Positions 35,809 through 45,261 of a stretch of 45,847 bases of DNA are shown here, in pieces; positions within the stretch are counted from its first letter, which is position 1; the number at the start of each line of letters is the position of its first letter. Source of the stretch: a virus (lineage: Duplodnaviria > Caudoviricetes). Position numbers and translations under genes: made by a program. The stretch spans positions 1 through 45,847 of the IMG/VR virus record IMGVR_UViG_3300016656_000172; one strand, 5' to 3'. The notes under the pieces are model-generated. The model made no database searches. It worked only from the letters and a program-made list of their open reading frames with translations, and was not told the DNA's origin.

Positions 35809-35835
35809 TGCGGCCAGTCCGCGGGAGATAGATTT

Positions 35836-35931
35836 ATGAGTCAGCCATTTGAAGTAACACAAGACGGTAAAGTGCGCATTGTCGAAGCTGTCATTCGCGA
35901 CAATGCGCCAATCAAAGCTACAGCGGCTTAG
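35836..35931 (+). pseudogene. 31-codon ORF, possible gene relic
   Basis: GGAG SD + ATG, MSQPFEVTQDGKVRI...; resembles the PF.V..GQVF motif in the J C-terminus. Confidence 0.35.
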
Positions 35932-36166
35932 CTCCGATACCTTTCTTAATCGCATCCTGAACATTGCTCAGGTCGCCGCCAACTGCGTCGAGAGGCAGGT
36001 TAAACGCGCCCGATTCTGCATCCGGCTGACGGGTGTTTTTGAAGAAGTCGATGTACTTCGTCAGCTCCGCTTGGTCGTAATCCGGGCGTGAGCGGAGATA
36101 GAGCGAGATTGCACCGAGAGCGGACATCACCCCGGCTTCGAACGATGACAGTTGCGTTTTGCTCAT
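35918..36166 (-). CDS. Hypothetical protein (82 aa), accessory
   Basis: AAGGA SD; antisense to the tail operon. Confidence 0.7.
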   Translation of the reverse strand: MSKTQLSSFEAGVMSALGAISLYLRSRPDYDQAELTKYIDFFKNTRQPDAESGAFNLPLDAVGGDLSNVQDAIKKGIGAKPL

Positions 36167-36176
36167 TTCACTTTCC

Positions 36177-36238
36177 TTGCGTTAACGCGCCGAAATTGGC
36201 GCAATCCCAGTCCTTGGGCTTGCAGGCAAAGGACTGGG
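36177..36238 (-). other. Structured intergenic leader (two hairpins)
   Basis: CCCAGTCCTT / AAGGACTGGG 10-bp stem plus GCGCC / GGCGC stem. Confidence 0.6.
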
Positions 36239-36247
36239 GAATTCGTC

Positions 36248-36532
36248 CTAAATAAACACCGCACTTTGAACGACGGATATTCCCTCTAGCGTGTCCTCGT
36301 CGCTGTTTTTTATCTCGTCGGCCAATTCCTTGATGTAGTCCACATCTTTCTGGGTGACCGGTCGATCTCGGTTAAGGGGGAGATGTGCCGAAATGATTTT
36401 TGAGACTGGCATCCCGGTAGAACCCAGCTCTTCAATCAGGGCTGCGCGAGCAACGCATACTCCGAAATCATCGGCGCCGGGTGCGCACATTTTTCTATTA
36501 ATCGCCGCCGCGCGATCTTTGTTAATTCCCAT
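36248..36532 (-). CDS. Hypothetical protein (94 aa), accessory
   Basis: AAGGA SD; AT-richer than flanks. Confidence 0.65.
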   Translation of the reverse strand: MGINKDRAAAINRKMCAPGADDFGVCVARAALIEELGSTGMPVSKIISAHLPLNRDRPVTQKDVDYIKELADEIKNSDEDTLEGISVVQSAVFI

Positions 36533-36598
36533 GTCGCCGCTGTCCTTGTCATTGCCTGTGAAGGCATGAGGCTACTATCGGAGATTGGCGGGGTGTTA

Positions 36599-36614
36599 CT
36601 GATGATTCGTACAG
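36599..36614. promoter_or_regulatory. Possible LexA (SOS) box
   Basis: CTG-N10-CAG (CTGTACGAATCATCAG on the minus strand) between divergent accessory genes. Confidence 0.45.
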
Positions 36615-36660
36615 CGGTGTTCCGGTGATAAAGTCCGTGCTTTCAGGATGAGGACGAACC

Positions 36661-36948
36661 ATGAGGATGACCAAGTTCGCCGCTGCCGCTGTATTGGCAT
36701 TAGCCCTTGTAGGTTGTGCAGGGACAAGCTTTTCATACGATGAAGCAAGAAAAGTGAAGATAGGAATGACCGAGGATGAAGTTACCCAGATCATGGGGCC
36801 TCCCTACTCAGTAGTGTCCCGGGCTGATGGGCAAATGTGGGTCTGGAGTCATGCGAACGGTATGACTGGGGCGAGCCGCGTAATTTCATTCAGAATGGTA
36901 GACGGGAAAGTTGTCGAAGTGCCGACCATCCCTGCCAGTTTTAAATAG
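36661..36948 (+). CDS. SmpA/OmlA (BamE-like) domain lipoprotein
   Basis: Lipobox LVG-C; KIGMTEDEVTQIMGPP motif. Confidence 0.85.
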   Translation: MRMTKFAAAAVLALALVGCAGTSFSYDEARKVKIGMTEDEVTQIMGPPYSVVSRADGQMWVWSHANGMTGASRVISFRMVDGKVVEVPTIPASFK

Positions 36949-36959
36949 GAGTGACCTGC

Positions 36960-37361
36960 ATGAAATTGATCGTAGGAGCGTTGGCGGTAGCGCTGTTGGC
37001 GGGTTGTGCGACTTCGCCGGTGCCGGCGGATAAAGCTGATCCGGTTCCGAGTAACCGCCTGTATGCGTTCAGTGCCAAGTCGGAGTCGCAGTTGCTCGTC
37101 ACGCGTGACAGCGGTCTATATGGATCTGGCTGTAATTACCGGCTGTACATTGATGGAACCCTGGCAGCTGAATTCGCCTCAGGCGAGGTAGCTCGATTTG
37201 GAGTAAAAGCCGGAAAACATATCCTTGGAATCAAGCCGAGCGCCGCATGCGGTGGCTGGGGCTTGGTTGAGCGCGAGGTTGATGTGAAAACCGGTGAGAC
37301 GGTCAGGCGTCGTATCACGCTTTCGGGCGACAATTTTGATATATCCCCCACGGCAATTTAA
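36960..37361 (+). CDS. Phage lipoprotein
   Basis: Lipobox LAG-C; TRDSG..GSGC...YIDG...GE; AGGAG SD. Confidence 0.85.
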   Translation: MKLIVGALAVALLAGCATSPVPADKADPVPSNRLYAFSAKSESQLLVTRDSGLYGSGCNYRLYIDGTLAAEFASGEVARFGVKAGKHILGIKPSAACGGWGLVEREVDVKTGETVRRRITLSGDNFDISPTAI

Positions 37362-37373
37362 ATGCATTCCCAG

Positions 37374-37395
37374 GCCCGCATCAGCGGGCTTTTTT
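37374..37395 (+). terminator. Intrinsic terminator after the lipoprotein pair
   Basis: GCCCGC-ATCA-GCGGGC-TTTTTT. Confidence 0.85.
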
Positions 37396-37411
37396 GTGCC
37401 CGGAGAAGAAC

Positions 37412-38020
37412 ATGGCTGACGTTGCAGCTGCTTACAATCCAATGACCACGATCCTTCTATCTGGCTCACTGGCCAAAAAGTTTGGACGAGTACATCGTCG
37501 CCAAGTGGACAGCAAGCGGGTATGGGAGGCCTTCAAGGCGCTTAAGGTGACGCTGGAAGGCTTCGAAAATGAGATCCGCCGACTTGATCGGCTCGGCATG
37601 CGATTCGCCATCTTTCGAAATCGGAAGAACGAAGCGGTTGAGGCTTTTGATCTGGGTGGCACAAGGGAGATCCGAATCGTCCCGGTCGTATCGGGCAGCA
37701 AGCGCGCCGGATTGATGCAGACCGTTTTGGGCATCGTGCTCATCGCCGTCGGCTTTTTCGCCTATGGATCTACCACGGCCCAAGGGGCGGCATTGATCGC
37801 CGGCGGTATCGCCTCAACCGCCGGCGGCGTTATCCAGATGCTCAGTCCGCAGGCAAAGGGACTTTCTCAAAGCGCCTCCCCTGAAAACGCCCCGTCCTAC
37901 GCCTTCGGCAGCGCCAAGAACACCACGGCCAGCGGCAACCCGGTACCGATCTGCATCGGCGAGCGCCGGTGGGGCGGGATGATCATCTCGGCCTCGATCC
38001 TGGCTGAAGACAAAGTGTAA
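37412..38020 (+). CDS. Tail assembly protein I-like
   Basis: L.G.LAKKFG, IRIVPV..GSK, SYAF....NT...G.PVP...G. Confidence 0.92.
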   Translation: MADVAAAYNPMTTILLSGSLAKKFGRVHRRQVDSKRVWEAFKALKVTLEGFENEIRRLDRLGMRFAIFRNRKNEAVEAFDLGGTREIRIVPVVSGSKRAGLMQTVLGIVLIAVGFFAYGSTTAQGAALIAGGIASTAGGVIQMLSPQAKGLSQSASPENAPSYAFGSAKNTTASGNPVPICIGERRWGGMIISASILAEDKV

Positions 38021-38038
38021 GCAGGACAGCAACACACC

Positions 38039-38062
38039 AACCGCCCGCGAGGCGGTTTTTTT
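38039..38062 (+). terminator. Intrinsic terminator
   Basis: AACCGCC-CGCGA-GGCGGTT-TTTTT. Confidence 0.8.
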
Positions 38063-38078
38063 ATGCCTGGAGGAAAGC

Positions 38079-41000
38079 ATGGGCGCAGCGCAACAGATCG
38101 AGATCCACGGCGAGAAGGGCGGCAGCAGCAAGCCGAAGTCGCCGGTCGAAGCCAGCGATAGCCTGCGCTCGACCAACCTTGCGAAATTGCTGATCGCCGT
38201 GGGCGAGGGGGAGTTCGACAGCGTCCCGACCGATTACGATATCTACCTGGACAACACACCGATCCGCGATGCCAGCGGCAACTACAACTTCCCGAACGTG
38301 AAGTGGGACTGGCGCCCGGGTTCAGTGGATCAGACCTATATCCCGGGCATCCCGTCCGTGGAGAACGAGACCTCGCTGAACATTGAGCTGCGCAGCGATT
38401 CGCCGTGGGTGCGCTCGATCAGCAATACCCAGTTGTCGGCCGTGCGCATGCGCCTGGCTTGGCCGGCGCTGCAACGGTCGGACGATGAAGGCAATGTCGG
38501 CGGTTACCGCATCGAGTACGCCATCGACGTGGCCACCGACGGCGGCGCGTATCAGCAGGTGCTGGTGGACGCTGTCGACGGCAAGACCACCACACGCTAC
38601 GAGCGCTCGCGCCGCATCGATTTGCCGACCGCCACCACGGGCTGGCAGATCCGCGTGCGCCGCCTGACGCCGAACCAGAACAGTAACAAGGTCGCCGACA
38701 CCATGCTGGTGGCCGGTTACACCGAAGTGATCGACGCCAAGTTGCGGTACCCAAACACCGCACTGCTGTACATCGAGTTCGACGCCGAGCAGTTCACCAA
38801 CATTCCGGCGGTGACCGTGAAGTGCAAGGCCCGGCGCTGGATGGTGCCGAGCAACTATGACCCGATTCTGCGCACCTACACCGGGACGTGGGACGGCTCG
38901 ATGAAATCGGCCTGGACCAATAACCCGGCTTGGATCACCTACGGCGTCTGCACCGAAGACCGTTTCGGCCTGGGCAAACGCATCAAACCGTTCATGGTCG
39001 ACAAGTGGGAGCTGTACCGCATTGCCCAGTATTGCGACCAGCTGGTGCCGAATGGCCTCGGCGGTCAGGAACCGCGCTTCCTCTGCGACATGAACCTGCA
39101 GGGCAAGGCTGACGCCTGGTCGCTGCTGCGCGATATCTCGGCGATTTACCGGGGCATGACGTACTGGGCGCAGGGCCAGCTGGTGATGCAGGCCGACATG
39201 CCTCGCGCGCAGGATTTCGATTACGTCTTCACCCGGGCCAACGTCATCGACGGCAAATTCTCGTACGGTAGCGCCTCGGCGAAAACCCGGTACACGCGTG
39301 CGCTGGTCAGCTACGACAACCCGGCGAACAACTACGACACCGACGTCATTCCGTTCGCTGACCTGGACCTTCAGCGCCGCTACGGCGACCGGCCGACCGA
39401 ACTGAGTGCCATTGGCTGCACCCGCGCCTCCGAGGCCCAGCGCCGCGGCAAATGGGCGATCTTGAGCAACAACCAAGACCGCACCGTGTCGTTCAAGACC
39501 GGCATGGAGGGCGTTATTCCGCTGCCGGGCCACATCATTCCGGTGGCTGACTCGCTGCTGGCCGGGCGGGAGGTCGGCGGGCGCATCTCGTCAGCTGCTG
39601 GCCGCGTCGTCACGCTCGATCGCGATACCCAGGCCAAGGCCGGTGATCGGCTGATCATCAACCTACCGGGCGGCCGCGCCGAAGGGCGCACCGTGCAGAG
39701 CGTCAACGGCCGCGCGGTAACGGTGACTGTCGCCTACGGCGAGCCACCAGTCGCGCAACTGCAATGGGCGCTCGACGCTGACGATTTGGCGATCCCGCTT
39801 TACCGCGTGCTGCGCACCAAGCGCACCACCGAAGGCGACTTCGAGATCAGCGCGCTGCAGTTCGAGCCGAGCAAGTTCGCGCATATCGACACCGGCGCAC
39901 GCCTGGAGGAGCGGCCAATCAGCGTGATCCCGATCACGGTGGTTCCGGCACCGGCCAGTGTGACCCTCACGTCGACGTCGTCGGTGGTGCAGGGCTTGGC
40001 CGTGGCCACCATGACCATCAGTTGGCCCGCCGTGGATGGCGCGGTCGGCTACGACGTGGAATGGCGCAAGGACAGTGGCAACTGGATCAAGCTGCAACGT
40101 ACCGGCATGACCAACGTGGACGTGGTCGGCATCTACGCCGGTGCCTACGTGGCGCGGGTCCGTGCGGTGAGTGCCTTCGACATCTCGTCTCAATGGCGCA
40201 ACTCGATCCTGACCAACCTCAAAGGCAAGGAAGGCTTGCCGCCTGCACTCAGCTACCTGACGGCCACGCCGCTGCTGTTCGGCATTTATCTGAAATGGGG
40301 CTTCCCTGCTGGCGCTGAGGACAGTCAGCGCACTGAAATTTGGTACGGGCCGACCACCAGCTTGGACGCTGCGACCAAGTTGACCGATTTGGCTTACCCA
40401 CAGAGTGACTTTTCGTTGCTCGGCCTGCGGGCTGGCGTGACGTTTTACTTCTGGGGCCGGATAGTCGACAAAATCGGCAACATCGGGCCGTGGTATCCGA
40501 TCGGCATGGGGGTGCAGGGGCAGTCGAGCGCTGACGCTGCCGCGATTCTGGAAATGATCGCGGGCGAGATCGGTCGCACCGAGTTGGGCCAGGACATTCT
40601 CGACGAGATCGATAAGATCCCGGGTCTGCAGGCTCAGATCGATGCACTCGACGGGCTGAAAGGTTACAACCCTGACGATACCTACGAAGAGTACGACCTG
40701 GTGGTGCAGGGCAAGCGCATCTATCAGGCGACTGGCCCGGTACCGAATAACACACCGCCACCGAATTCTGCCTACTGGCTTGACGTCGGCCAGACGGTGG
40801 AAACCGCCAACGGCCTTGCGCAGCAGGTGGCGACCAACACCACCGAAATTACGGAACTCGACGGCGTAGTCACGGCTCAAGCAACCGCATTTCAGGCGCT
40901 GCGTGCATCTTCCAGAGACGACGGCGGGGAGGGAGACCTTGCCGACGCCCTGCAAGGCTGGAACAGTACATCCAGCATTGCGGCGGAATCGAAGGTCAGG

Positions 41001-41663
41001 GCGTCGGAGACAGAAGCTACTGCCCGCGAGCTGAAGACCTACGACGCGAAGATCACCTCCAACACCGACAACATCACTCAGGTAGCCGCCAACGTCACCG
41101 AACTGACTGAGGTGGTTGCTACCAACACCTCGGCGACCGCTACGAAGATCGAGCAGTTGAACGTGTCGGTTGGCAACAACTCTGCGGCCATTCAAGAGAC
41201 CTCCACTGCCTTTGCTGATACCAACGGCAAGTTGACGACGATGTGGTCGGTGAAGATGCAGGTCGCGGCGAATGGGCAGTACGTCGCGGCGGGCATTGGC
41301 CTCGGCATCGAGAATACTGGTGCTGGATTGCAAAGCCAGTTTCTCGTCGCGGCTGATCGGTTCGCCATCGTCAATACGATTGCTGGCGGTGCTATCTCGG
41401 TGCCGTTCGCAGTACAGGGTGGCCAGGTGTTCATGAATTCGGCGTTCATCGCTGACGGCACCATCACCAATGCCAAGATCGGCAGCTACATCAGCTCAAC
41501 CAACTACATCGCCGGCCAGCAAGGCTGGATTCTCAATAAAGACGGAACGCTTGAAATCAACGGCATTGTCCCGGGACAGGGGCGGCTGGTCATCAACTCG
41601 CTGAACGTCTCGGTCTACGACGCAAACAACGTGCTGCGGGTCCGTCTCGGCTATTTGGGGTAA
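38079..41663 (+). CDS. Host specificity / central tail tip protein J-like
   Basis: YPNTAL, WTNNPAW, ELY.IAQYCD, FN3-like domains, coiled coil, C-terminal QFLVAADRFA. Confidence 0.95.
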   Translation: MGAAQQIEIHGEKGGSSKPKSPVEASDSLRSTNLAKLLIAVGEGEFDSVPTDYDIYLDNTPIRDASGNYNFPNVKWDWRPGSVDQTYIPGIPSVENETSLNIELRSDSPWVRSISNTQLSAVRMRLAWPALQRSDDEGNVGGYRIEYAIDVATDGGAYQQVLVDAVDGKTTTRYERSRRIDLPTATTGWQIRVRRLTPNQNSNKVADTMLVAGYTEVIDAKLRYPNTALLYIEFDAEQFTNIPAVTVKCKARRWMVPSNYDPILRTYTGTWDGSMKSAWTNNPAWITYGVCTEDRFGLGKRIKPFMVDKWELYRIAQYCDQLVPNGLGGQEPRFLCDMNLQGKADAWSLLRDISAIYRGMTYWAQGQLVMQADMPRAQDFDYVFTRANVIDGKFSYGSASAKTRYTRALVSYDNPANNYDTDVIPFADLDLQRRYGDRPTELSAIGCTRASEAQRRGKWAILSNNQDRTVSFKTGMEGVIPLPGHIIPVADSLLAGREVGGRISSAAGRVVTLDRDTQAKAGDRLIINLPGGRAEGRTVQSVNGRAVTVTVAYGEPPVAQLQWALDADDLAIPLYRVLRTKRTTEGDFEISALQFEPSKFAHIDTGARLEERPISVIPITVVPAPASVTLTSTSSVVQGLAVATMTISWPAVDGAVGYDVEWRKDSGNWIKLQRTGMTNVDVVGIYAGAYVARVRAVSAFDISSQWRNSILTNLKGKEGLPPALSYLTATPLLFGIYLKWGFPAGAEDSQRTEIWYGPTTSLDAATKLTDLAYPQSDFSLLGLRAGVTFYFWGRIVDKIGNIGPWYPIGMGVQGQSSADAAAILEMIAGEIGRTELGQDILDEIDKIPGLQAQIDALDGLKGYNPDDTYEEYDLVVQGKRIYQATGPVPNNTPPPNSAYWLDVGQTVETANGLAQQVATNTTEITELDGVVTAQATAFQALRASSRDDGGEGDLADALQGWNSTSSIAAESKVRASETEATARELKTYDAKITSNTDNITQVAANVTELTEVVATNTSATATKIEQLNVSVGNNSAAIQETSTAFADTNGKLTTMWSVKMQVAANGQYVAAGIGLGIENTGAGLQSQFLVAADRFAIVNTIAGGAISVPFAVQGGQVFMNSAFIADGTITNAKIGSYISSTNYIAGQQGWILNKDGTLEINGIVPGQGRLVINSLNVSVYDANNVLRVRLGYLG

Positions 41664-41666
41664 TCA

Positions 41667-42023
41667 ATGGCTTTATTTGGCCTGCGTGTTTTTGACGAGA
41701 GCGGTCAGCTCGGCATGGACACCAATAGCTTCACCTACCAAGTGCTGTGGCAGGGCGTGATCGACTTCAGTGGCTCGACGCCCAGCTACACGCTGAACAT
41801 TCCGGGCTTCAACCCTGCCAACTGCGTGTTCATGATCATCCCGACGAGGGCTCAGGATGTGCAGTCATCTGAAACAGATGGGTCAGGCAACGCAAAGTCC
41901 TATCCATACGTGACGACGGCGGTGGGGCAAGTAGTGGTCCGGCCCAAAAACCCTTCAGCCGGCGCTTCAACAATTCAGACGAGGATCGTCGCCAAAGGCT
42001 ACGCAATCAGGTACGGGACATGA
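41667..42023 (+). CDS. Tail tip accessory protein
   Basis: FGLRVFDE.G N-terminus; follows J. Confidence 0.75.
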   Translation: MALFGLRVFDESGQLGMDTNSFTYQVLWQGVIDFSGSTPSYTLNIPGFNPANCVFMIIPTRAQDVQSSETDGSGNAKSYPYVTTAVGQVVVRPKNPSAGASTIQTRIVAKGYAIRYGT

Positions 42024-42682
42024 GTTACGGCTTTCAGAGCATCAATGACAACTCGTTTGTTCAAATTGACTCGGAGGCACCCAGGCTTTGCCTTCTCACC
42101 AAGGGCACGTATTCCGGTGTGGCAACTGCATCAGGAACGTTTGCCCGGGCGGTAACCAGCCAAGACCCGCCAATGGTGTTCATTCGACCTGATCAGGGCG
42201 GTGCGATTCAGGTTCCAATTTCGGTATGGTTCACGGGAGGGCCAGGTAACTGGACGGGGTTTGCCATGAACGCCTCTCGGGTGAATGAAACACTCAGCGG
42301 CCAGTATTTCGTGGCGGCCTGGGCTTCGATGGGCACCGCTGCTTATGGGATGCGTCTGTGGGATGGCGCTGGCGCGCTCGTTTACGACAGTGGCGCTCCG
42401 GCGGTGGTCGTAACGTTCGCCGCCGGCAACTGGACATATCTCGGAACCGAGCAGCTCAGTGTTGGGCGCCGATACTTATGGGGTATCAACAAGAGCCTCG
42501 GGGTAGGTGAGTACGTATCCCTCAATCCTTTCACGATGAACTGCCACAACGACGGTACCGGTGGCGGCTGCGCTCTTGGAGTCGATTACGCTGGCGGCCG
42601 TATCATGATGTACAGCCTTGCCTTCACGGCTTGGACCGACCAGGGCCACCGGCCCTTTCTCTGCGCCAAATTGCTGGCCTGA
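42020..42682 (+). CDS. Tail tip accessory protein
   Basis: Duplicated YG....D..G..V.DS motif; ATGA coupling. Confidence 0.75.
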   Translation: MSYGFQSINDNSFVQIDSEAPRLCLLTKGTYSGVATASGTFARAVTSQDPPMVFIRPDQGGAIQVPISVWFTGGPGNWTGFAMNASRVNETLSGQYFVAAWASMGTAAYGMRLWDGAGALVYDSGAPAVVVTFAAGNWTYLGTEQLSVGRRYLWGINKSLGVGEYVSLNPFTMNCHNDGTGGGCALGVDYAGGRIMMYSLAFTAWTDQGHRPFLCAKLLA

Positions 42683-42708
42683 TTCACAATAAATTCCGGA
42701 GATATTCG

Positions 42709-43902
42709 ATGCCCTGGTACAAAGCCGGGACGGTTTCTGTCGTCCAAAATTCCAACGCTGTAATAGGCGCAGGCACGGCATTTATTGCCAATAGCCGGGT
42801 CGGCGATGCGTTTCGCGGTCCTGACGGTGGCTGGTACGAAGTGACAAACATCGCGAGTGACACTGCGCTGTCGATTGCGCCACCCTATCAGGGCGCGACT
42901 AACGCCTCCGGGACCTTCGCGCTGGCGCCGATGCAGGGCTACGTCAAAGATTCGGCCGACGCCCTGCGAGCTTTGGTCAATCAGTTCGGCACCAAGCTCG
43001 CAGCATTGGGCACGACTGGTAACTATGAGGTTCTGCCCGTCACAAAAGGCGGTACCGGTGGCACTAATTCAGGGGAAGCGCTTACCGGTTTGGGTTTTTC
43101 AGATTTCATGAAGACCCTGGTGGACGATGCCAGCGCTTCAGCCGCTAGGGGGACACTCGTTGCTGCGAAGAGTGGACAGAACTCGGACATTACTGAGCTC
43201 AACGCTCTGACCAAGCCCATTTCAGTATCTCAAGGCGGCGTTTCACCGGGATATATTGAAGGGCTCTATCTGAGCTGGGGGAGCAGTAACTCGGTATCCG
43301 TAGGTAGTGGATCCGCATTCATTCCTGGCACAGGGAAAACACTGCAGGTCAGCTCCCCCATCACCGTTTCAGGATTGTCGCTTGCAGCGAACACCTGGTT
43401 CTACGCGTACCTTTTCGACAGCTCCGGCACGCCGTCCGTAGAGATCGCCGCAACGGCACCTTCGGCCACCTACAGCGGCACAGCGCGAACCAAATCTGGT
43501 GATGCAAGCAGGCGGTATCTGGGCGCAGTAAAAACCAATTCGTCCGGTCAAATTTTCCAGTTCCAGCACGACGCGACGAATTTTGTTTATTGGCTGAGTG
43601 CGACAAACGTCGTACCGTTTCGGGTACTCAATGGTGGGGTGCAAACGACGCCGATTGCATTTGCCCTCAGCCCGGTCGTGCCTCCTGTCAGCTTTACGGC
43701 CCTTATCAACGTCAGTCCAAACACTACTCCGGCACTGCTTTATCACGCGTCTTTGCTTGGGCAGCCGATTCGCCAGCAAACAGCGACAGCGGTATCTGCC
43801 GGCCTCGCTTTTCCACTGGATGCAACGCAGCGCATGGGATACGCCGTGCTGAGCGGTGGCTCTGTCGTCATTGATGTTTGCGGGTTTTTAAATGAGCGGT
43901 GA
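42709..43902 (+). CDS. Side tail fibre
   Basis: MPWYKAGTVSV N-terminal anchor, LPV.KGGTG and AAKSG.NSDIT.L motifs, then a divergent C-terminus. Confidence 0.88.
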   Translation: MPWYKAGTVSVVQNSNAVIGAGTAFIANSRVGDAFRGPDGGWYEVTNIASDTALSIAPPYQGATNASGTFALAPMQGYVKDSADALRALVNQFGTKLAALGTTGNYEVLPVTKGGTGGTNSGEALTGLGFSDFMKTLVDDASASAARGTLVAAKSGQNSDITELNALTKPISVSQGGVSPGYIEGLYLSWGSSNSVSVGSGSAFIPGTGKTLQVSSPITVSGLSLAANTWFYAYLFDSSGTPSVEIAATAPSATYSGTARTKSGDASRRYLGAVKTNSSGQIFQFQHDATNFVYWLSATNVVPFRVLNGGVQTTPIAFALSPVVPPVSFTALINVSPNTTPALLYHASLLGQPIRQQTATAVSAGLAFPLDATQRMGYAVLSGGSVVIDVCGFLNER

Positions 43903-44254
43903 ATCTATGTGGGCAATCCGAGAAGACGGCACCTGGCGGTTTGTGGACAGCGAAATCCCTCTGGACGCGGATGAAACTCTTTATGAGGACATCCCACAGT
44001 GGGCCGTTGATCTTCAAGCGGACGCGGCGATGCACCGAGAGCAGGTTTCAGTCGAAGCAGCATGGCAACAGACGGAAATTGATGTGATCGCGAATCAGCT
44101 GATGGCCCTTGAGGAGGCCGAGGCAACAGGTGAAAACACGGGCGCATTGCCCGGTACCCGCGTGCAGTGGCTGCAGTACCGCACCAAAGTTCGTAATTGG
44201 AAAGATGGGTCCGAGAACTTCCCCTCGTCAGATCATCGGCCTGTCCGGCCCTAA
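43892..44254 (+). CDS. Tail fibre assembly chaperone
   Basis: W..YR.KVR.W.....FP....RP.RP C-terminus. Confidence 0.8.
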   Translation: MSGESMWAIREDGTWRFVDSEIPLDADETLYEDIPQWAVDLQADAAMHREQVSVEAAWQQTEIDVIANQLMALEEAEATGENTGALPGTRVQWLQYRTKVRNWKDGSENFPSSDHRPVRP

Positions 44255-44272
44255 TAGTTTGCTAACCAAAGA

Positions 44273-44299
44273 ACCCGCCCCTTGAGCGGGTATTTTTTT
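44273..44299 (+). terminator. Intrinsic terminator
   Basis: ACCCGC-N7-GCGGGT followed by a T tract. Confidence 0.7.
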
Positions 44300-44314
44300 G
44301 CCTGGAGAAAAGTG

Positions 44315-44737
44315 ATGCCTGTCACCGATAAAGATCGCGACATCCTCGCCCGCACGCTGTGGGGCGAAGCCCGCGGCGAGGGAACTGCCGGCCAGATCGC
44401 CGTGGCCTGGACGATCCGCAACCGTGTGTTTGATGGAAAAGAAAAGTCTTGGTGGGGCGAGGGCTACGCTGGCGTGTGCCAAAAGCCGTACCAGTTCAGT
44501 TGCTGGAACAAGACCGACCCGAATTATCAGTTCCTGATCGGCGTGAAGGAAATCCCGTTCCGCGAACTCGCGCAATGCCGGATCGCCGCTGACCAGGTGA
44601 TCGACGGCAAGGTGCCTGATCCCACTGGCGGCGCCACGCACTACTACGCCACCAGCATCAAGGCGCCGGCTTGGGCGGCGAAGGCCAAACAAACGCTCAA
44701 GTTGGGCGGGCACGTCTTCTTCAAGGATGTGCCGTGA
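44315..44737 (+). CDS. Endolysin, SleB / Hydrolase_2 family
   Basis: LARTLWGEARGE, I.NR, QFSCWN, DPTGGATHYY, G.HVF motifs. Confidence 0.92.
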   Translation: MPVTDKDRDILARTLWGEARGEGTAGQIAVAWTIRNRVFDGKEKSWWGEGYAGVCQKPYQFSCWNKTDPNYQFLIGVKEIPFRELAQCRIAADQVIDGKVPDPTGGATHYYATSIKAPAWAAKAKQTLKLGGHVFFKDVP

Positions 44738-45261
44738 TGGTTGTTCCGTGGAAAGCGGTGGGCGCGCTGGCGCTGGTGCTGATCGGCGCCGGCAGCGCCT
44801 GGCAGTTTCAGGATTGGCGCTACGGTCAGCAGTTGGCCGAGCAAGCCCAGCAGAACGCCGAAACCCTCAACCAACTGACTCAGGCCGCGGCGACCGCGCA
44901 GCAGGCCGAGCAGGACAAACGTCTGGCGCTCGAGCAGCAGCTGGCGGACAGCGAGCAAACCCACTTCAGGAAAATGACCGATGCTCAAAAGAACCAAGAT
45001 CGCCTGCGCGATCGCCTTGCCACTTCTGATTTGCGGCTGTCAGTCCTCCTCGACGCAACCGACGCTGCCAAAGGCTGCGGTGTGCCAGCCACCGCCGGCG
45101 CCGGCGGCGTGGATCATGCAGCCGTACGCGCCCGACTTGACCCAGCGCATGCTCAACGAATTATCGCCATCACCGACACCGGCGACCGGGGGCTGATTGC
45201 CCTGCAGGCGTGTCAGGCGTATGTGAAGGCGGTCAGATCTTCAGCTCACGCAACTCCCTGA
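44737..45261 (+). CDS. Rz: i-spanin
   Basis: N-terminal TM helix, coiled coil, L.ACQAYV C-terminus. Confidence 0.9.
   Translation: MVVPWKAVGALALVLIGAGSAWQFQDWRYGQQLAEQAQQNAETLNQLTQAAATAQQAEQDKRLALEQQLADSEQTHFRKMTDAQKNQDRLRDRLATSDLRLSVLLDATDAAKGCGVPATAGAGGVDHAAVRARLDPAHAQRIIAITDTGDRGLIALQACQAYVKAVRSSAHATP
44981..45196 (+). CDS. Rz1: o-spanin embedded in the +1 frame of Rz
   Basis: Lipobox ICG-C; Pro-rich CQPPPAPAAW. Confidence 0.85.
   Translation: MLKRTKIACAIALPLLICGCQSSSTQPTLPKAAVCQPPPAPAAWIMQPYAPDLTQRMLNELSPSPTPATGG

Noticed and set aside
44737-45261. Nested Rz1 gene and the tail-chaperone frameshift as novel findings
   Set aside because: Both are well-established lambdoid features and are listed only as features.
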